From: Bacteroidales bacterium
Lineage (GTDB): Bacteria; Bacteroidota; Bacteroidia; Bacteroidales; B18-G4
Assembly (NCBI GenBank): GCA_021107535.1
Contig: JAIOSQ010000092.1
Span: forward strand, 1-37,472
Length of the DNA: 37,472 nt
Direction: 5' to 3'
Shown here: positions 8,599 through 18,907 of the stretch, piece by piece
Numbering within the stretch: the stretch's first letter is position 1
How the letters are laid out: the number at the start of each line of letters is the position of its first letter
The notes under the pieces: generated by a model
Told to the model about the DNA's origin: nothing
Seen by the model: only the letters and a program-made list of their open reading frames with translations
Database searches by the model: none
Made by a program: the position numbers and the translations under genes

Positions 8599-10520
8599 AT
8601 GGAGATCAGGAACATACTGGTAAAATACTGGGGCTATTCTTCTTTCCGCCCGATGCAGGAGGATATCATCCGCTCGGTGATGGGAGGAAAAGATACGCTT
8701 GCTTTGTTGCCGACAGGCGGAGGGAAATCTATCTGTTACCAGGTTCCCGGCCTGGCCATGGAAGGATTGTGCCTGGTTGTAACGCCACTGATCGCCCTGA
8801 TGAAAGACCAGGTTGAAAACCTTAAAAACAGGGGAATAAAGGCGGCTGCCATTCATTCCGGCATGCATAAGCGTGAAATTGAAACTGCCATTAGCAACAG
8901 CATTTTCGGCAATCTGAAGTTCCTGTATGTATCTCCTGAGCGACTTCAATCTTCATCTTTCAGGGAGAACCTGCAAAGGATGAACATCAACATTCTGGCT
9001 GTAGATGAAGCGCATTGCATCTCACAGTGGGGTTATGATTTCCGTCCTTCTTACCTGAATATCGCTGATATCAGGAAGATAGTCATGAATGCTCCGATAC
9101 TGCCCTCACAGCCACTGCTACTCCTGCAGTGATCGATGATATTCAGGAAAAACTCAGATTTGCTGAAAAGAATGTGATCAGGGATAGTTTTGAAAGGAAA
9201 AATCTATCCTATTCTGTTTTCCGTGAAGAGGACAAAGGCGGGAGATTGCTGAAGATCGTAAACAATGTGAAGGATTCAGGAATTGTATATGTACGAAACC
9301 GCAGAAAATGCCGGGAAGTTTCTGAATTTCTGAGCAAGAACAACATAAAGTCCACATATTATCATGCCGGACTGGAGCAGCGCATCAGGGAGCGACGGCA
9401 GGAAGAATGGATGAAGGATAAAAAGCAGGTCATCGTTGCCACCAATGCGTTCGGGATGGGCATAGATAAACCCGGGGTGCGCTTTGTGGTACACTATGAT
9501 CTGCCGGACAGCCTCGAAGCCTACTTCCAGGAAGCCGGAAGGGCCGGAAGGGATGGAAAGCGTGCTTATGCGGTATTGTTATACGAGGAGGCAGATATCC
9601 GTAATTCCAAGCAAAACCTATCCATTGCATATCCGGACCCCGAAGTGGTCAGGTCTGTGTACACTGCCCTGGGAAATTATTTTCAGATCCCTGTGGGCAG
9701 CGGCAAGGATCAGCAATTTGATTTTGATTTGCAGGACTTCTCAACCAGGTACAGGATGAATTCAGCAAGCGCATACAGTGCCTTGAAATTACTTGAAAAA
9801 GAGGGTCATATTATCCTCGGCAGCGATCTGGAAAGCCCATCGAAGATCATGTTCGAGATTGATCACAATGAGCTGTATACATTCCAGGTTGAAAATCCCG
9901 GCTATGACACCTTTATCAAATTGATTCTTCGTTCCTATGGCGGAATCTTTTCCGATTTTGTCAAGATCAATGAAAAAGAGCTGGCAAAACGTGCAAATAC
10001 AACGGAAGATAAAATTATCAAGGCACTTTGGAAACTGGATAAGCTCAGACTGCTTACCTATATCCCAATGACCACATCACCACAACTTGTCCTGACACAG
10101 GGGCGGATTGACAGTAAATCGATGAGGCTGTCAAAAGAAAACTATAGTGACAGAAAGAAAGCAGCCATGAAACGAATGCAGGCTGTCCTTGACTATATTC
10201 AGTCTGCAAACCATTGCCGGAGCCAGATCCTCCTGAAGTATTTCGGAGAAAAAGATGCCGGCAGGTGCGGCAGGTGTGATGTATGCCTTGACAGGAATAA
10301 GATCAATGTCAGCGAATTGGAATTCAGCAAGGTACTGGAAAAGATTAAGCCGGCTTTGAAAGAAAGGCCACAGGCACTGAACGAACTGCTCTTCATTGCA
10401 AAAGAATTCCCGGAAGACAAAGTCATCAACGTGATTATGTGGCTGGTGGATAATGAAAAAGTTGATGTAAACGAAGACCAGTTATATTCCTGGAGAAAAC
10501 AATTCAAATTGATGTTGTAA
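8599..10520 (+). pseudogene. recQ: ATP-dependent DNA helicase RecQ, split by a 1-bp frameshift near 9102 (real lesion or sequencing error)
   Basis: ORF 8599-9132 has LPTGGGKS and DEAHCISQWG; ORF 9129-10520 has ATNAFGMGIDK, QEAGRAGRDG and the Zn-binding CR...CGRCDVC; adding one G at 9102 restores LALTATATP. Confidence 0.9.
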
Positions 10521-10566
10521 AACGAATATAAAAACAATAATTTTACATAAATAAACAAACCAAATA

Positions 10567-11307
10567 ATGATGAAAAAACAGCTCGCGCTTGTATCAAGCA
10601 TTACCCTGATTATTAGTCTGTTCTTTACAACTGCCATGTCACAGGAAGGTGACGTATATGTAAGCATCGGGGCAGGTGTCTGCATTCCGTTGGCAGAGTA
10701 CAGCAATACGGATTTCGATGATGAGGGTTCCGGTTTTGCCAGAACCGGAGGTGCCTTTAATATCAATTTCGGATACCGCTTTAATGAGTATATCAGTTTG
10801 TCGGGATTACTGAGCGGGGGTGTTAACCGCTATGATTATATCAAGTTACAGGAATGGCTGGCGAATGAAAACGCTGAAACCCTGCCGGAAACCAGCTGGG
10901 TGGTTGAAAGTAAAAACTGGGGGCTTGGCGGTTTTATGGCCGGTGTAACCGGATCCCTGCCCCTCGTCACCAACACCTTTTATATCGAAGCAAGGGCGCT
11001 TGCGGGATTTATGTATACTTATTCCCCGACCATTGATGTTACAGGAAAAGAAACAGGTGTTGAGGACAAGAAGATCAACATTGAGCAATCCTCTGCTATT
11101 TCCTGGTCGCTCGATGCCGGAATTGGCCTGCGCTATAACAGATCAAGAAAGCATTACTTCATCCTCAATGCTGATTATCTGATGACAGAGCCCTATTTCA
11201 CTGATGTGCGCACCAATACCAATTTCGGAGTCGAGAGAGATGAAGCATACACACAGAAAATAAGTACTGTTAACATTACCATTGGGATTGGGTATATTGT
11301 TAATTAG
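10567..11307 (+). CDS. Outer-membrane beta-barrel domain protein
   Basis: Signal peptide, alternating beta-strands (FNINFGYRF, LDAGIGLRY), C-terminal ITIGIGY. Confidence 0.78.
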   Translation: MMKKQLALVSSITLIISLFFTTAMSQEGDVYVSIGAGVCIPLAEYSNTDFDDEGSGFARTGGAFNINFGYRFNEYISLSGLLSGGVNRYDYIKLQEWLANENAETLPETSWVVESKNWGLGGFMAGVTGSLPLVTNTFYIEARALAGFMYTYSPTIDVTGKETGVEDKKINIEQSSAISWSLDAGIGLRYNRSRKHYFILNADYLMTEPYFTDVRTNTNFGVERDEAYTQKISTVNITIGIGYIVN

Positions 11308-11314
11308 CCCTGGG

Positions 11315-11338
11315 CCCTTCGACAAGCTCAGGACAGGC
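11315..11338. repeat. Single REP-like arm CCCTTCGACAAGCTCAGGACAGGC
   Basis: Shares the CCTTCG...CTCAGGA skeleton with the arm at 292-336; lies just after a stop codon. Confidence 0.5.
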
Positions 11339-11379
11339 TGGTGGGCATGGATACTAAGTTATAAACCACAAATAGTTTC

Positions 11380-11979
11380 ATGAAAATTAAGAAGTCATTC
11401 TATTTAAATGACGATGTGGTGTTCATGGCCAGGGCTTTTCTTGGAAAGATCCTAATAACAAATATTGACGGACTTTATACTTCCGGGATCATCACCGAAA
11501 CGGAAGCCTATGCCGGCATTGTTGATAAGGCCTCCCATGCATTCGGAAACCGCCAAACCCAAAGGACTGCACCTATGTACTTGGATGGTGGAGTTGGCTA
11601 TGTATATCTGTGTTACGGCATTCACTCTTTGTTTAATATAGTCAGTGCGCCTTCAGGTGTTCCGCATGCCATCCTTATTCGCAGCATTCACCCGCTTGAC
11701 GGGCTCGCGATCATGCAGAAAAGGAGGAAGTTAGTTCGCAATAAAGGGCTCTGCGATGGCCCCGGAAAAGTGTCGCAGGCACTGGGCATACATTATACGG
11801 ATTCGGGAACGGATCTCTGCGGTAGCCGCATATGGATCGAAGACAGGGGAATTATTGTCGATCCTGAAAGGATAACAGCAGCACCGAGGGTTGGCGTGGA
11901 TTATGCGCAGGAGGATGCTTTACGGCCTTATAGGTTTTTATTTGATTATGGGGTTGGGCAATGGGCGGTGGGCGGTTAA
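11380..11979 (+). CDS. mpg: DNA-3-methyladenine glycosylase (AAG/MPG family)
   Basis: ITETEAY...DKASHA, YVYLCYGIH, AILIRS, GPGKVSQALGI, PRVGVDYA. Confidence 0.93.
   Translation: MKIKKSFYLNDDVVFMARAFLGKILITNIDGLYTSGIITETEAYAGIVDKASHAFGNRQTQRTAPMYLDGGVGYVYLCYGIHSLFNIVSAPSGVPHAILIRSIHPLDGLAIMQKRRKLVRNKGLCDGPGKVSQALGIHYTDSGTDLCGSRIWIEDRGIIVDPERITAAPRVGVDYAQEDALRPYRFLFDYGVGQWAVGG
11950..11977. repeat. 7-bp array (GGGCRRT)n forming the last codons of mpg
   Basis: GGGCAAT GGGCGGT GGGCGGT; reverse complement of the unit at 3173 and 36824. Confidence 0.7.
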
Positions 11980-12016
11980 AAAAGGGCCATTCGCCTTTGG
12001 CGAACAGCCCTTTAAA
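11978..12016. terminator. Intrinsic terminator between convergent mpg and HU
   Basis: AAAGGGC-CA-TTCGCC-TTT-GGCGAA-CA-GCCCTTT with an A-run on the left (U-tract for HU). Confidence 0.8.
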
Positions 12017-12032
12017 AATACTTTTCAGGTAA

Positions 12033-12305
12033 TTATTTTACTGTATTTGAAAGTTCGCTACCTGGTTTGAACTTAACTACTTTTTTAGCAGCAATGTTAA
12101 TTTCTTTCCCTGTTTGAGGGTTTCTGCCTTTTCTGGCAGCACGTTTTGTAACACCAAAGGTGCCGAAGCCAACGAGGGCAACGCGATCACCTTTTTTCAG
12201 GGCACCGGAAGTAGCATCAATAAATGCTTCGAGAGCTCTTTTGGCATCAGCTTTGGTTAAACCAGCATCTGCAGCCATTGCGTCAATTAATTCAGCTTTA
12301 TTCAT
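12033..12305 (-). CDS. hup: HU family DNA-binding protein
   Basis: MNKAELID...VALVGFGTF...RKGRNPQTG...VVKFKPG. Confidence 0.97.
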   Translation of the reverse strand: MNKAELIDAMAADAGLTKADAKRALEAFIDATSGALKKGDRVALVGFGTFGVTKRAARKGRNPQTGKEINIAAKKVVKFKPGSELSNTVK

Positions 12306-12345
12306 TTTACATTGATTTTAATTAATAAATAGTTTAAAAACCTTG

Positions 12346-12353
12346 CAAATATA
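12346..12353 (-). promoter_or_regulatory. Bacteroidota -7 promoter box for HU
   Basis: TATATTTG on the minus strand. Confidence 0.7.
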
Positions 12354-12473
12354 AGGGTTTTAGAAGAAATGTCAAGCATTTGCATCTAAAACATGCAAAA
12401 ATGTTAATAAATGTGAGGTTTTGTTAATAGCTCTGCTTCAAAAAGCCTATTTCCGTAGTGTTTTAACGAACTT

Positions 12474-13454
12474 TCAAGCGTTTCGGGAGGTTTTAAATAA
12501 AACACTGGGACTCAGGCCAATCAGGAAATCACCAATGGCCATACGTCTCTTCCCTGCCTGCTGCAATTCCAGAACCGAAATACATCCATCCCTACAACAA
12601 ATATTAAAATAAGATTTACCGTCTGTCATCACCGTTCCGGGAATATCCGTACAGGGGCAGGGTTTTATTTCTGCGCGGAAGATCTTTATATACATCTTTT
12701 CTCCACCGGCTACGGGGATTTCTGTAAAAGCACCAGGGGTAGGGCTCAGTCCGCGTATAAGGTTATATACCACTTCGCAATCCTCAGACCAGTCAATTCG
12801 GCAATCTTCCTTGAAAATCTTCGGAGCTGTTCTCAGCACCACTCCCTCATCAATCAATTCGTCCTGCTTTTGTGTAAGGACATGTCCGCCTTTTATGGCT
12901 TCCACTGTTTTTACCAATAAGGAAGCACCCATGAGCTTGAGCCGGTCATGATATTCACCTGCAGTCTCAGAAGAACTGATCTTTGTCTCTTCCCTGAATA
13001 TAATGTTACCGGTATCCATCCGCTCTTGAAGGAAAAAGGTAGTCAATCCGCCGGTTTTCTCCCCGTTCATGATGGTCCTGTTTATCGGAGCGGCCCCGCG
13101 ATACTGAGGTAAGAGGGAAGCATGCAGGTTAAAAGTTCCCAGAAGTGGGATGGACCAGATAACTTCAGGCAGCATTCTGAAAGCAACCACAATATATAAT
13201 GTAGCGTTTAATTGTTTCAATTGCCCGATAAAGGAAGGATCTTTCAGGTTTTCCGGCTGAAGGACAGTCAGCTTATGTTCCAGGGCAAATGTTTTTACCG
13301 GTGACATGCCAAGCTTCCTGCCCCGGCCGGATGGCCTGTCAGGAGTTGTAACGACAGCACAAACATCATAGTTTGCTGAAAGCAGGGCATTCAGTGAGGC
13401 TACAGCAAAATCGGGAGTCCCCAAAAAGATGATGCGGATGTTTTTATCAGCCAT
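12474..13454 (-). CDS. fmt: Methionyl-tRNA formyltransferase
   Basis: IIFLGTPDFA, PDRPSGRG, NLHASLLPQYRGAAPI. Confidence 0.97.
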   Translation of the reverse strand: MADKNIRIIFLGTPDFAVASLNALLSANYDVCAVVTTPDRPSGRGRKLGMSPVKTFALEHKLTVLQPENLKDPSFIGQLKQLNATLYIVVAFRMLPEVIWSIPLLGTFNLHASLLPQYRGAAPINRTIMNGEKTGGLTTFFLQERMDTGNIIFREETKISSSETAGEYHDRLKLMGASLLVKTVEAIKGGHVLTQKQDELIDEGVVLRTAPKIFKEDCRIDWSEDCEVVYNLIRGLSPTPGAFTEIPVAGGEKMYIKIFRAEIKPCPCTDIPGTVMTDGKSYFNICCRDGCISVLELQQAGKRRMAIGDFLIGLSPSVLFKTSRNA

Positions 13455-13478
13455 GGCATGAAAATAAAGTCTAAAAGT

Positions 13479-13510
13479 AAAAAAAATACCCGCTCATCAT
13501 GAACGGGTAT
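13479..13510 (-). terminator. Intrinsic terminator after the TPR gene
   Basis: ATACCCG...CGGGTAT stem with an adjacent A-run (U-tract on the minus strand). Confidence 0.7.
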
Positions 13511-13537
13511 CCTATATTATTTCAGAAATATTATTCT

Positions 13538-14230
13538 TTATTCATTTTCCATAATTCGCTTGATCCTGGCCATATTCCTTTCAATGTTGCGGGCCTCCGG
13601 AGCACGATAATACTCCCTGTAGATCCTGTCATACACATCATAAGCATCCTGATATTCCTTCTGCATTTCATAAGTCATTCCGGCTTTATAAAGGAATAAA
13701 GGAGTTGTAAAATCATTTACATTCTCATCGGCGGCTTCCAAATAATAGCGGACAGCCTGTTTCGGGTCATTGAGCTCAAGGTACGCATCTCCCAGGGCAC
13801 CCAGTGCCATTGGCCCGATGATCTGATCTGAGGGATCATGCTGCTCCAGGTATTCGATAGCCTCCTCAAAATTACCCATCCTCAGGTAGCAGATACCTGC
13901 ATAATATGTTGCCAGGTTTCCTGTGTTTGTGCGGCCATAATCATCAATGATATCGAGAAATCCAAGTGCATTTCCATCACCATAAAGGGCACGGCTTAAT
14001 GAGTCCATTTCAAAGTATTTCTGTGCCATGAAGATCTGTTCCTGGGCACTTTCTTCCATCGGACTGATATAAAACTTTTTGTATCCGAAATATCCAAGAA
14101 CTATAATGAGAATACCCAGAACGATATAGATCAGGATGTTCTGATTTTTCTCAATAAACTGTTCTGTTTTTCCCAGTGCCTCCTCAACAGCAACCATTCT
14201 GTCATCGCCTGCGGTAGTCTTTTTAGCCAT
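13538..14230 (-). CDS. Membrane-anchored tetratricopeptide repeat protein (YfgM-like)
   Basis: Single TM helix followed by TPR motifs (YYAGICYLRMG, ALGDAYLEL, LYKAGMTYE). Confidence 0.88.
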   Translation of the reverse strand: MAKKTTAGDDRMVAVEEALGKTEQFIEKNQNILIYIVLGILIIVLGYFGYKKFYISPMEESAQEQIFMAQKYFEMDSLSRALYGDGNALGFLDIIDDYGRTNTGNLATYYAGICYLRMGNFEEAIEYLEQHDPSDQIIGPMALGALGDAYLELNDPKQAVRYYLEAADENVNDFTTPLFLYKAGMTYEMQKEYQDAYDVYDRIYREYYRAPEARNIERNMARIKRIMENE

Positions 14231-14253
14231 AAGTATTTAATTTTTTGGTGGTG

Positions 14254-14261
14254 CAAAAGTA
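14254..14261 (-). promoter_or_regulatory. Bacteroidota -7 promoter box for the TPR gene
   Basis: TACTTTTG on the minus strand. Confidence 0.65.
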
Positions 14262-14345
14262 AAGGTTTTCTTTATATCATATATAATAAGAGGGTGATTT
14301 TTTTACTTGGGGGTGAAAAAAGACCGAATCCTATATGCATGATGT

Positions 14346-14404
14346 TACTGGATACTGGATACTGGATACCGGGAATTATTAGTTATTAGTGATTAATTAT
14401 TAGT
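14346..14404. repeat. Stacked heptamer arrays (TACTGGA)n then (AGTTATT-like)n
   Basis: TACTGGA x3, TACCGGG, then AATTATT AGTTATT AGTGATT AATTATT. Confidence 0.85.
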
Positions 14405-14572
14405 GGAGATTGGGATTTTAGAATTTTAAGGGTTGAATGATTCGAATTTCATCACAAGCAGATACCGAATACTGGATTTTACTTTATGAAATCCTTCGGT
14501 CCTTTGTGTTTCCACAAAATCCCGAACTCCTCAATCAAAATTCTACATTCCCAATCCTTACCAATAATTAAT
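14392..14572. repeat. 38-bp imperfect inverted repeat with 105-bp spacer (MITE-like)
   Basis: 14392-14429 vs reverse complement of 14535-14572: 31/38 identical by hand. Confidence 0.7.
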
Positions 14573-15133
14573 TGTAATATAGCATAACACAGTTAAAATT
14601 TTTACGGAGTTGTTAAGAATATAGCTAATCTATTGAAAATCAATCCTTATACAGAGGTTGCTTAACAGTCCTGTTTATAGCACAACATGTTTGACATTTT
14701 TTGTATGAGGATTAGCAATCTACAGGTGTTTTATATGGAAACAACTGGATAATATTGTTGTCCTGTCTAACGATCAAACATTGATTGTCTATGTTTACTT
14801 CTGCTACTACATAAGAGTATTTTAGTGTTTCTTTCACTTTAATTTAAACGATTCCGTTGGTAGTTATAATCGAAGGTCACTTCAAATAAACCTGATAAAA
14901 TAGATGCTCTCCGTTTCTAAGGGGATCTTTTTTAGAGTATGTATCGATCCTTGATAAAGATCTGATATCTGCATTTGTTTTGCTACCTCATTAGGAGTCC
15001 TATGATTCTGAATACTATACCTATGATTTTCATTATGGAAGATGAAAAAATCTTTTGAAGCCCGGCTATGATGATTATTGATTAGCAATGATTAGTAGTT
15101 TAGAATGTTAATTTCTGAATGACTCGAATTTCT

Positions 15134-17479
15134 TCATTTCAATTCTTTTTTTGTTTTTTGAAGCAAAGGGGCAAAAGATTGACTTGCAATAAAAGGAAAA
15201 CGGCAATAGAAAACTGCATTCCAGTGGTTGGCATCTGTAGCAGTTACATCTGCACCCTCCTTCATTAAAGCCTTAACCAAATTAACATCATCAATAATGG
15301 CCGCATACATCAGAGCAGTGAGGCCAAACTCATCAGTTGCATTAACATTTGCTCCTTCTTTCAGCATCCTTTTATATTTCTTTTTATCCTTTGACTTTAT
15401 TGCATCTAAAAACAACCTATCTGATTCATTGATTGTCAAATAAGGGTTATTTCCGGTTTCCGCATCTTCTATATCTATGAATGTTAGATTATTAAGATCG
15501 ATTGCCAGTATACCCGGACAGGGGAATTCTTTTTTATCTCGCAATGTCAGTGCATCATATACTTTGTATTCATATGTTTCAGGTTGAGGATTGCTCATAT
15601 TAATGCCTTTTGTAATAAGAATATCATTAACAATATCATAATAGATCAGGTTGGGCAGGGTAATAAGATTACCTGTATTTTCAGGGGCTAATAATACATT
15701 TGCCCGTTTTGCCATTTCAAGGTTAGTAATTGATAAATACCAACCCTTATCGTAAAATGGCCTGACATAATAAGTGTTTCCTAATGATTTATTGTGAAGA
15801 TATGACGGTAATATATTTCTCATTGTATATAAATTGTAAAAATTAATCACCTGTGTTTGCTTAACTGCTATCATCGTGGCCCCCACAGCTTGTGAAACCG
15901 CATTTCCAACAGCCGTAACCATCTGTTCCATGGCTTGCGTCTGACCAGCGATAATTACTGCTTCATGGGCATTTATTTCTTGTTCTAATGCAAACATTTT
16001 TTCAGAGGAGGTGCTCGTCTTGTTATTCATTACTTTTTCTGTATAATCATGACTCTTAGCTGCCCATGCCTGGGCTCTTTCAAGTCCATTTGATGAATAA
16101 TAAAGACTCGCCTGTTTTGCGTTATGATTTACTTTATTCGGATCACTTCCACGCAGGGAAAAGGCATTCATTTTATGGATGTTGTATCCTGAAGTATACA
16201 ACATTGAATTAGCAACATAATCAGATAATATCAACTTCCCCGTTTCTTTATTAAAAACCGCTACTCCCGTTTCGCGGCCAATCAATATTTTGTTTTCCCT
16301 GATTTCAATATTATCAACCAATTGCTTATCAAAACATAGTGCATCTGGAATTTTTCTTGTATATATAAGCTGTCCGGTTTTATTGTCGATAGAAAGAAGC
16401 TGGGTAATGGTAGTAAAATATATGAAGGACTCTTCAATTATTATCGGACTAAACAGACTCCCGTTAAATTCAGTTGCCCAGATCTTCTGGTAGTTTTCAG
16501 AATTGTAACATTCTAATAGGGTCGGCCCCTTATTTAAAGTACTGTCTTCTGTAACTAAATACAAGTGATCATAATAAATAGCGACATTTCGGATAATTCT
16601 GTCAGAATTCAGGCTCCATAATACATTCCCGGTATTAATGTGTACGTATTCAAGCCATTCATATGAGTATATCACCAGCTTGCCTTTTTTATAGAAAAAA
16701 CTAAGTATTGTCTCTTCTTCATTGGAATAAGTCTTCTCCCATAATAAGGAGTTATCATTGAGGCTAACGCAAAATACCTTGTTATTTATAATTATCACCA
16801 GGTATTCATCAAATAATTGCAAGCGGATCTCATGTTTTTTAAGTTTCATGTCAGTATCGATCAGCAAGGAACCGGTAATATTTCCACGAATAATATCAAT
16901 AAATGATATATCAAGCTCATCCTTATCCTTTTCAATGATGATCAATTCATTATCGACATGATTAAAGGTGTACGAAGCAGTTTTTGATTTAAGTTCTTTT
17001 TCCCAGAGGATTTCTCCGGTTCTATTGTCAATTGCATGATATGTCATTTTTGCATTTTCATCCTTCATGCTATGAAGCAATATCACGGGTTCTGCACACA
17101 AAATATTTTGCTTGTGCATGTAAAATTCTTCCCGGTCAATTTCCCATTTAACCTTCGCGCTTTTAATGTCCATCAGAAATAATTTCCCTGATTTTTTAGT
17201 CCACATTCCTGTATTAATATCCAATGTCCCCACCAAAACATATTGTTGGTCAATTACCTTGATATAATCGACTTCATTTTCCATGATGGTCTTTGACCAG
17301 ACAATGCCTTCCTGATACTTGTCTTCACTGCCATCTGTGACGGGGATATATGCAAAGGATGGTTTGATGCTGCAACATATTAATAGTGCAAAAACATATA
17401 ATATCAGAAAGGGTTTGTAAGCGTGAAAGCTTAAGATATTCAAAGCACTGAATTCAATAATAGTCTTTAAAAGTTTCAT
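15134..17479 (-). CDS. Exported PQQ/BamB-like beta-propeller protein with C-terminal ankyrin repeats
   Basis: Hydrophobic N-terminus; TGEILWE, TGNVLWS, NSLLWE blades; GANVNATDEFGLTALMYAA...GADVTATD ankyrin motifs; AT-rich. Confidence 0.8.
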   Translation of the reverse strand: MKLLKTIIEFSALNILSFHAYKPFLILYVFALLICCSIKPSFAYIPVTDGSEDKYQEGIVWSKTIMENEVDYIKVIDQQYVLVGTLDINTGMWTKKSGKLFLMDIKSAKVKWEIDREEFYMHKQNILCAEPVILLHSMKDENAKMTYHAIDNRTGEILWEKELKSKTASYTFNHVDNELIIIEKDKDELDISFIDIIRGNITGSLLIDTDMKLKKHEIRLQLFDEYLVIIINNKVFCVSLNDNSLLWEKTYSNEEETILSFFYKKGKLVIYSYEWLEYVHINTGNVLWSLNSDRIIRNVAIYYDHLYLVTEDSTLNKGPTLLECYNSENYQKIWATEFNGSLFSPIIIEESFIYFTTITQLLSIDNKTGQLIYTRKIPDALCFDKQLVDNIEIRENKILIGRETGVAVFNKETGKLILSDYVANSMLYTSGYNIHKMNAFSLRGSDPNKVNHNAKQASLYYSSNGLERAQAWAAKSHDYTEKVMNNKTSTSSEKMFALEQEINAHEAVIIAGQTQAMEQMVTAVGNAVSQAVGATMIAVKQTQVINFYNLYTMRNILPSYLHNKSLGNTYYVRPFYDKGWYLSITNLEMAKRANVLLAPENTGNLITLPNLIYYDIVNDILITKGINMSNPQPETYEYKVYDALTLRDKKEFPCPGILAIDLNNLTFIDIEDAETGNNPYLTINESDRLFLDAIKSKDKKKYKRMLKEGANVNATDEFGLTALMYAAIIDDVNLVKALMKEGADVTATDANHWNAVFYCRFPFIASQSFAPLLQKTKKELK

Positions 17480-17530
17480 TGCAAGTTAGTTATAGTTCAA
17501 CTTAGTAAAATACAATACAATTCTCTTTTT

Positions 17531-17538
17531 CAAATATA
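17531..17538 (-). promoter_or_regulatory. Bacteroidota -7 promoter box
   Basis: TATATTTG about 50 nt upstream of the 781-aa gene. Confidence 0.55.
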
Positions 17539-17606
17539 ATAAAATGAATTGATTGGATTAAAACCCGGCGAAAAAATAAGGGATTCTGGTACAAGGATGA
17601 CTTTGG

Positions 17607-17627
17607 GTGATAGGTGTTAGGTGATAA
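17607..17627. repeat. Short 7-bp array (GGTGWTA)3
   Basis: GGTGATA GGTGTTA GGTGATA. Confidence 0.65.
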
Positions 17628-17668
17628 ATAGCACTACATTGGTGCCTGCGTAAAAACATATTGTCATT

Positions 17669-18007
17669 TCAACTGAATATAATAATCTCTACGATTAAAT
17701 AAACCAGCCAGACTACACTTATTATTGAAGTGATTTTAAATCCTTTCATTAATTCATTTTTATTTTGTTTGCGATATTTTGAGTAGAAAAAAAGTGAAAG
17801 TCCGGCAATAATTATTGCAAAACCAAAAACAATATAGGGGATATAGCCGATTTGTGCCAATGGGTAGTAAAACAATGGAAATAAGGGTTCGGAATCACCA
17901 TATTGGATTTTTGCAATGAGATTTGATATTGGAATGATCGCAAAGTAAAAAAGCAAAACGATTCCTAAATATCCGAAAACAACCCAAAATCTTTTTTTTA
18001 TTTTCAT
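17669..18007 (-). CDS. Hypothetical membrane protein (3 predicted TM helices)
   Basis: 112-aa ORF, three hydrophobic segments, ATG preceded by an A-rich leader. Confidence 0.7.
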   Translation of the reverse strand: MKIKKRFWVVFGYLGIVLLFYFAIIPISNLIAKIQYGDSEPLFPLFYYPLAQIGYIPYIVFGFAIIIAGLSLFFYSKYRKQNKNELMKGFKITSIISVVWLVYLIVEIIIFS

Positions 18008-18062
18008 CTTTTAATTTATTTAAAATGTTAATAAGGCCCGCTGGCGTTTAGTTTATCGTTGT

Positions 18063-18734
18063 TTATTTCAGTTGCTTATGACAAAGCCACCAGTCATAAC
18101 ATTCAAATTCTCCATCTTTTGCTTTTTGAAGTCTTTCCTTTGCAGTTTTAACATCAGTAGCAGGAGGGATTATTACCCGGTCTTTTAAGATTTCATTATT
18201 TGGCCAATTAGCTGGCATAGCAACTTTATTTTTGTCAGATATTTGCATTGCTTCTACTACTCGTAGTATTTCATCCATATTTCTGCCCAATTCTTGTGGA
18301 TAGTAAAGCATAATCCTAAGTTTTGCTTCAGTATCTACAATAAATACAGCTCTTACAGTATTTGTTCCTTTTCCAGGGTGAACTATTCCAAGAGTTTCTG
18401 CTACTTTTCCAGTATCTGCAATTATTGGAAATTCAATCTCTACATTCATATTCTCTTTTATCCACTCTTCCCACTTTATGTGAGCAAATACCTGGTCAAC
18501 ACTTAGTCCAATTAATTCACAATTTAATGCCTTAAATTTATCATACCGTTGTTGAAAGGCAATGAATTCAGTAGTGCATACGGGTGTAAAGTCTGCTGGA
18601 TGACTAAACAAAACAAACCATTTACCTTTATAATGCGAAGGCAAATTAAATACTCCACGAGTTGTTTGAACTGTCATTTCAGGAAAGCTGTCTCCTAACA
18701 AAGGCATTCCTTTTTTTTCATTTAAATTTTCCAT
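18063..18734 (-). CDS. Peroxiredoxin, Prx6 subfamily
   Basis: [15 protein letters not shown]; C-terminal CYDWWLC; start moved to ATG 18734 (MENLNEK) because AAGGAG lies just upstream. Confidence 0.93.
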   Translation of the reverse strand: MENLNEKKGMPLLGDSFPEMTVQTTRGVFNLPSHYKGKWFVLFSHPADFTPVCTTEFIAFQQRYDKFKALNCELIGLSVDQVFAHIKWEEWIKENMNVEIEFPIIADTGKVAETLGIVHPGKGTNTVRAVFIVDTEAKLRIMLYYPQELGRNMDEILRVVEAMQISDKNKVAMPANWPNNEILKDRVIIPPATDVKTAKERLQKAKDGEFECYDWWLCHKQLK

Positions 18735-18907
18735 TATTTCTCCTTTAAAATAGTTAATATTCAGTTTATTTTCAATGTAGCACAAATGTTTCAGATAAAA
18801 CTACAGTGCATTCACCTACCCCTATTAGCTACATATATGTGCATTCTGAGTTCTAACTCCATTCCAAATATACCAATTCTATTTGAGGTGGTTTTACAAA
18901 GAAAAAA

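Noticed and set aside
9095-9135. Programmed ribosomal frameshift in recQ
   Set aside because: No slippery heptamer or homopolymer at the site; a simple 1-bp deletion explains it.
14800-14870. Possible further attC-like site (CTACATAA...CCGTTGGTAG)
   Set aside because: Lacks the AAC end and convincing internal stems.
14882-15088. 68-aa ORF in the AT-rich gap
   Set aside because: No recognisable motifs; start lies in repeat-like sequence.
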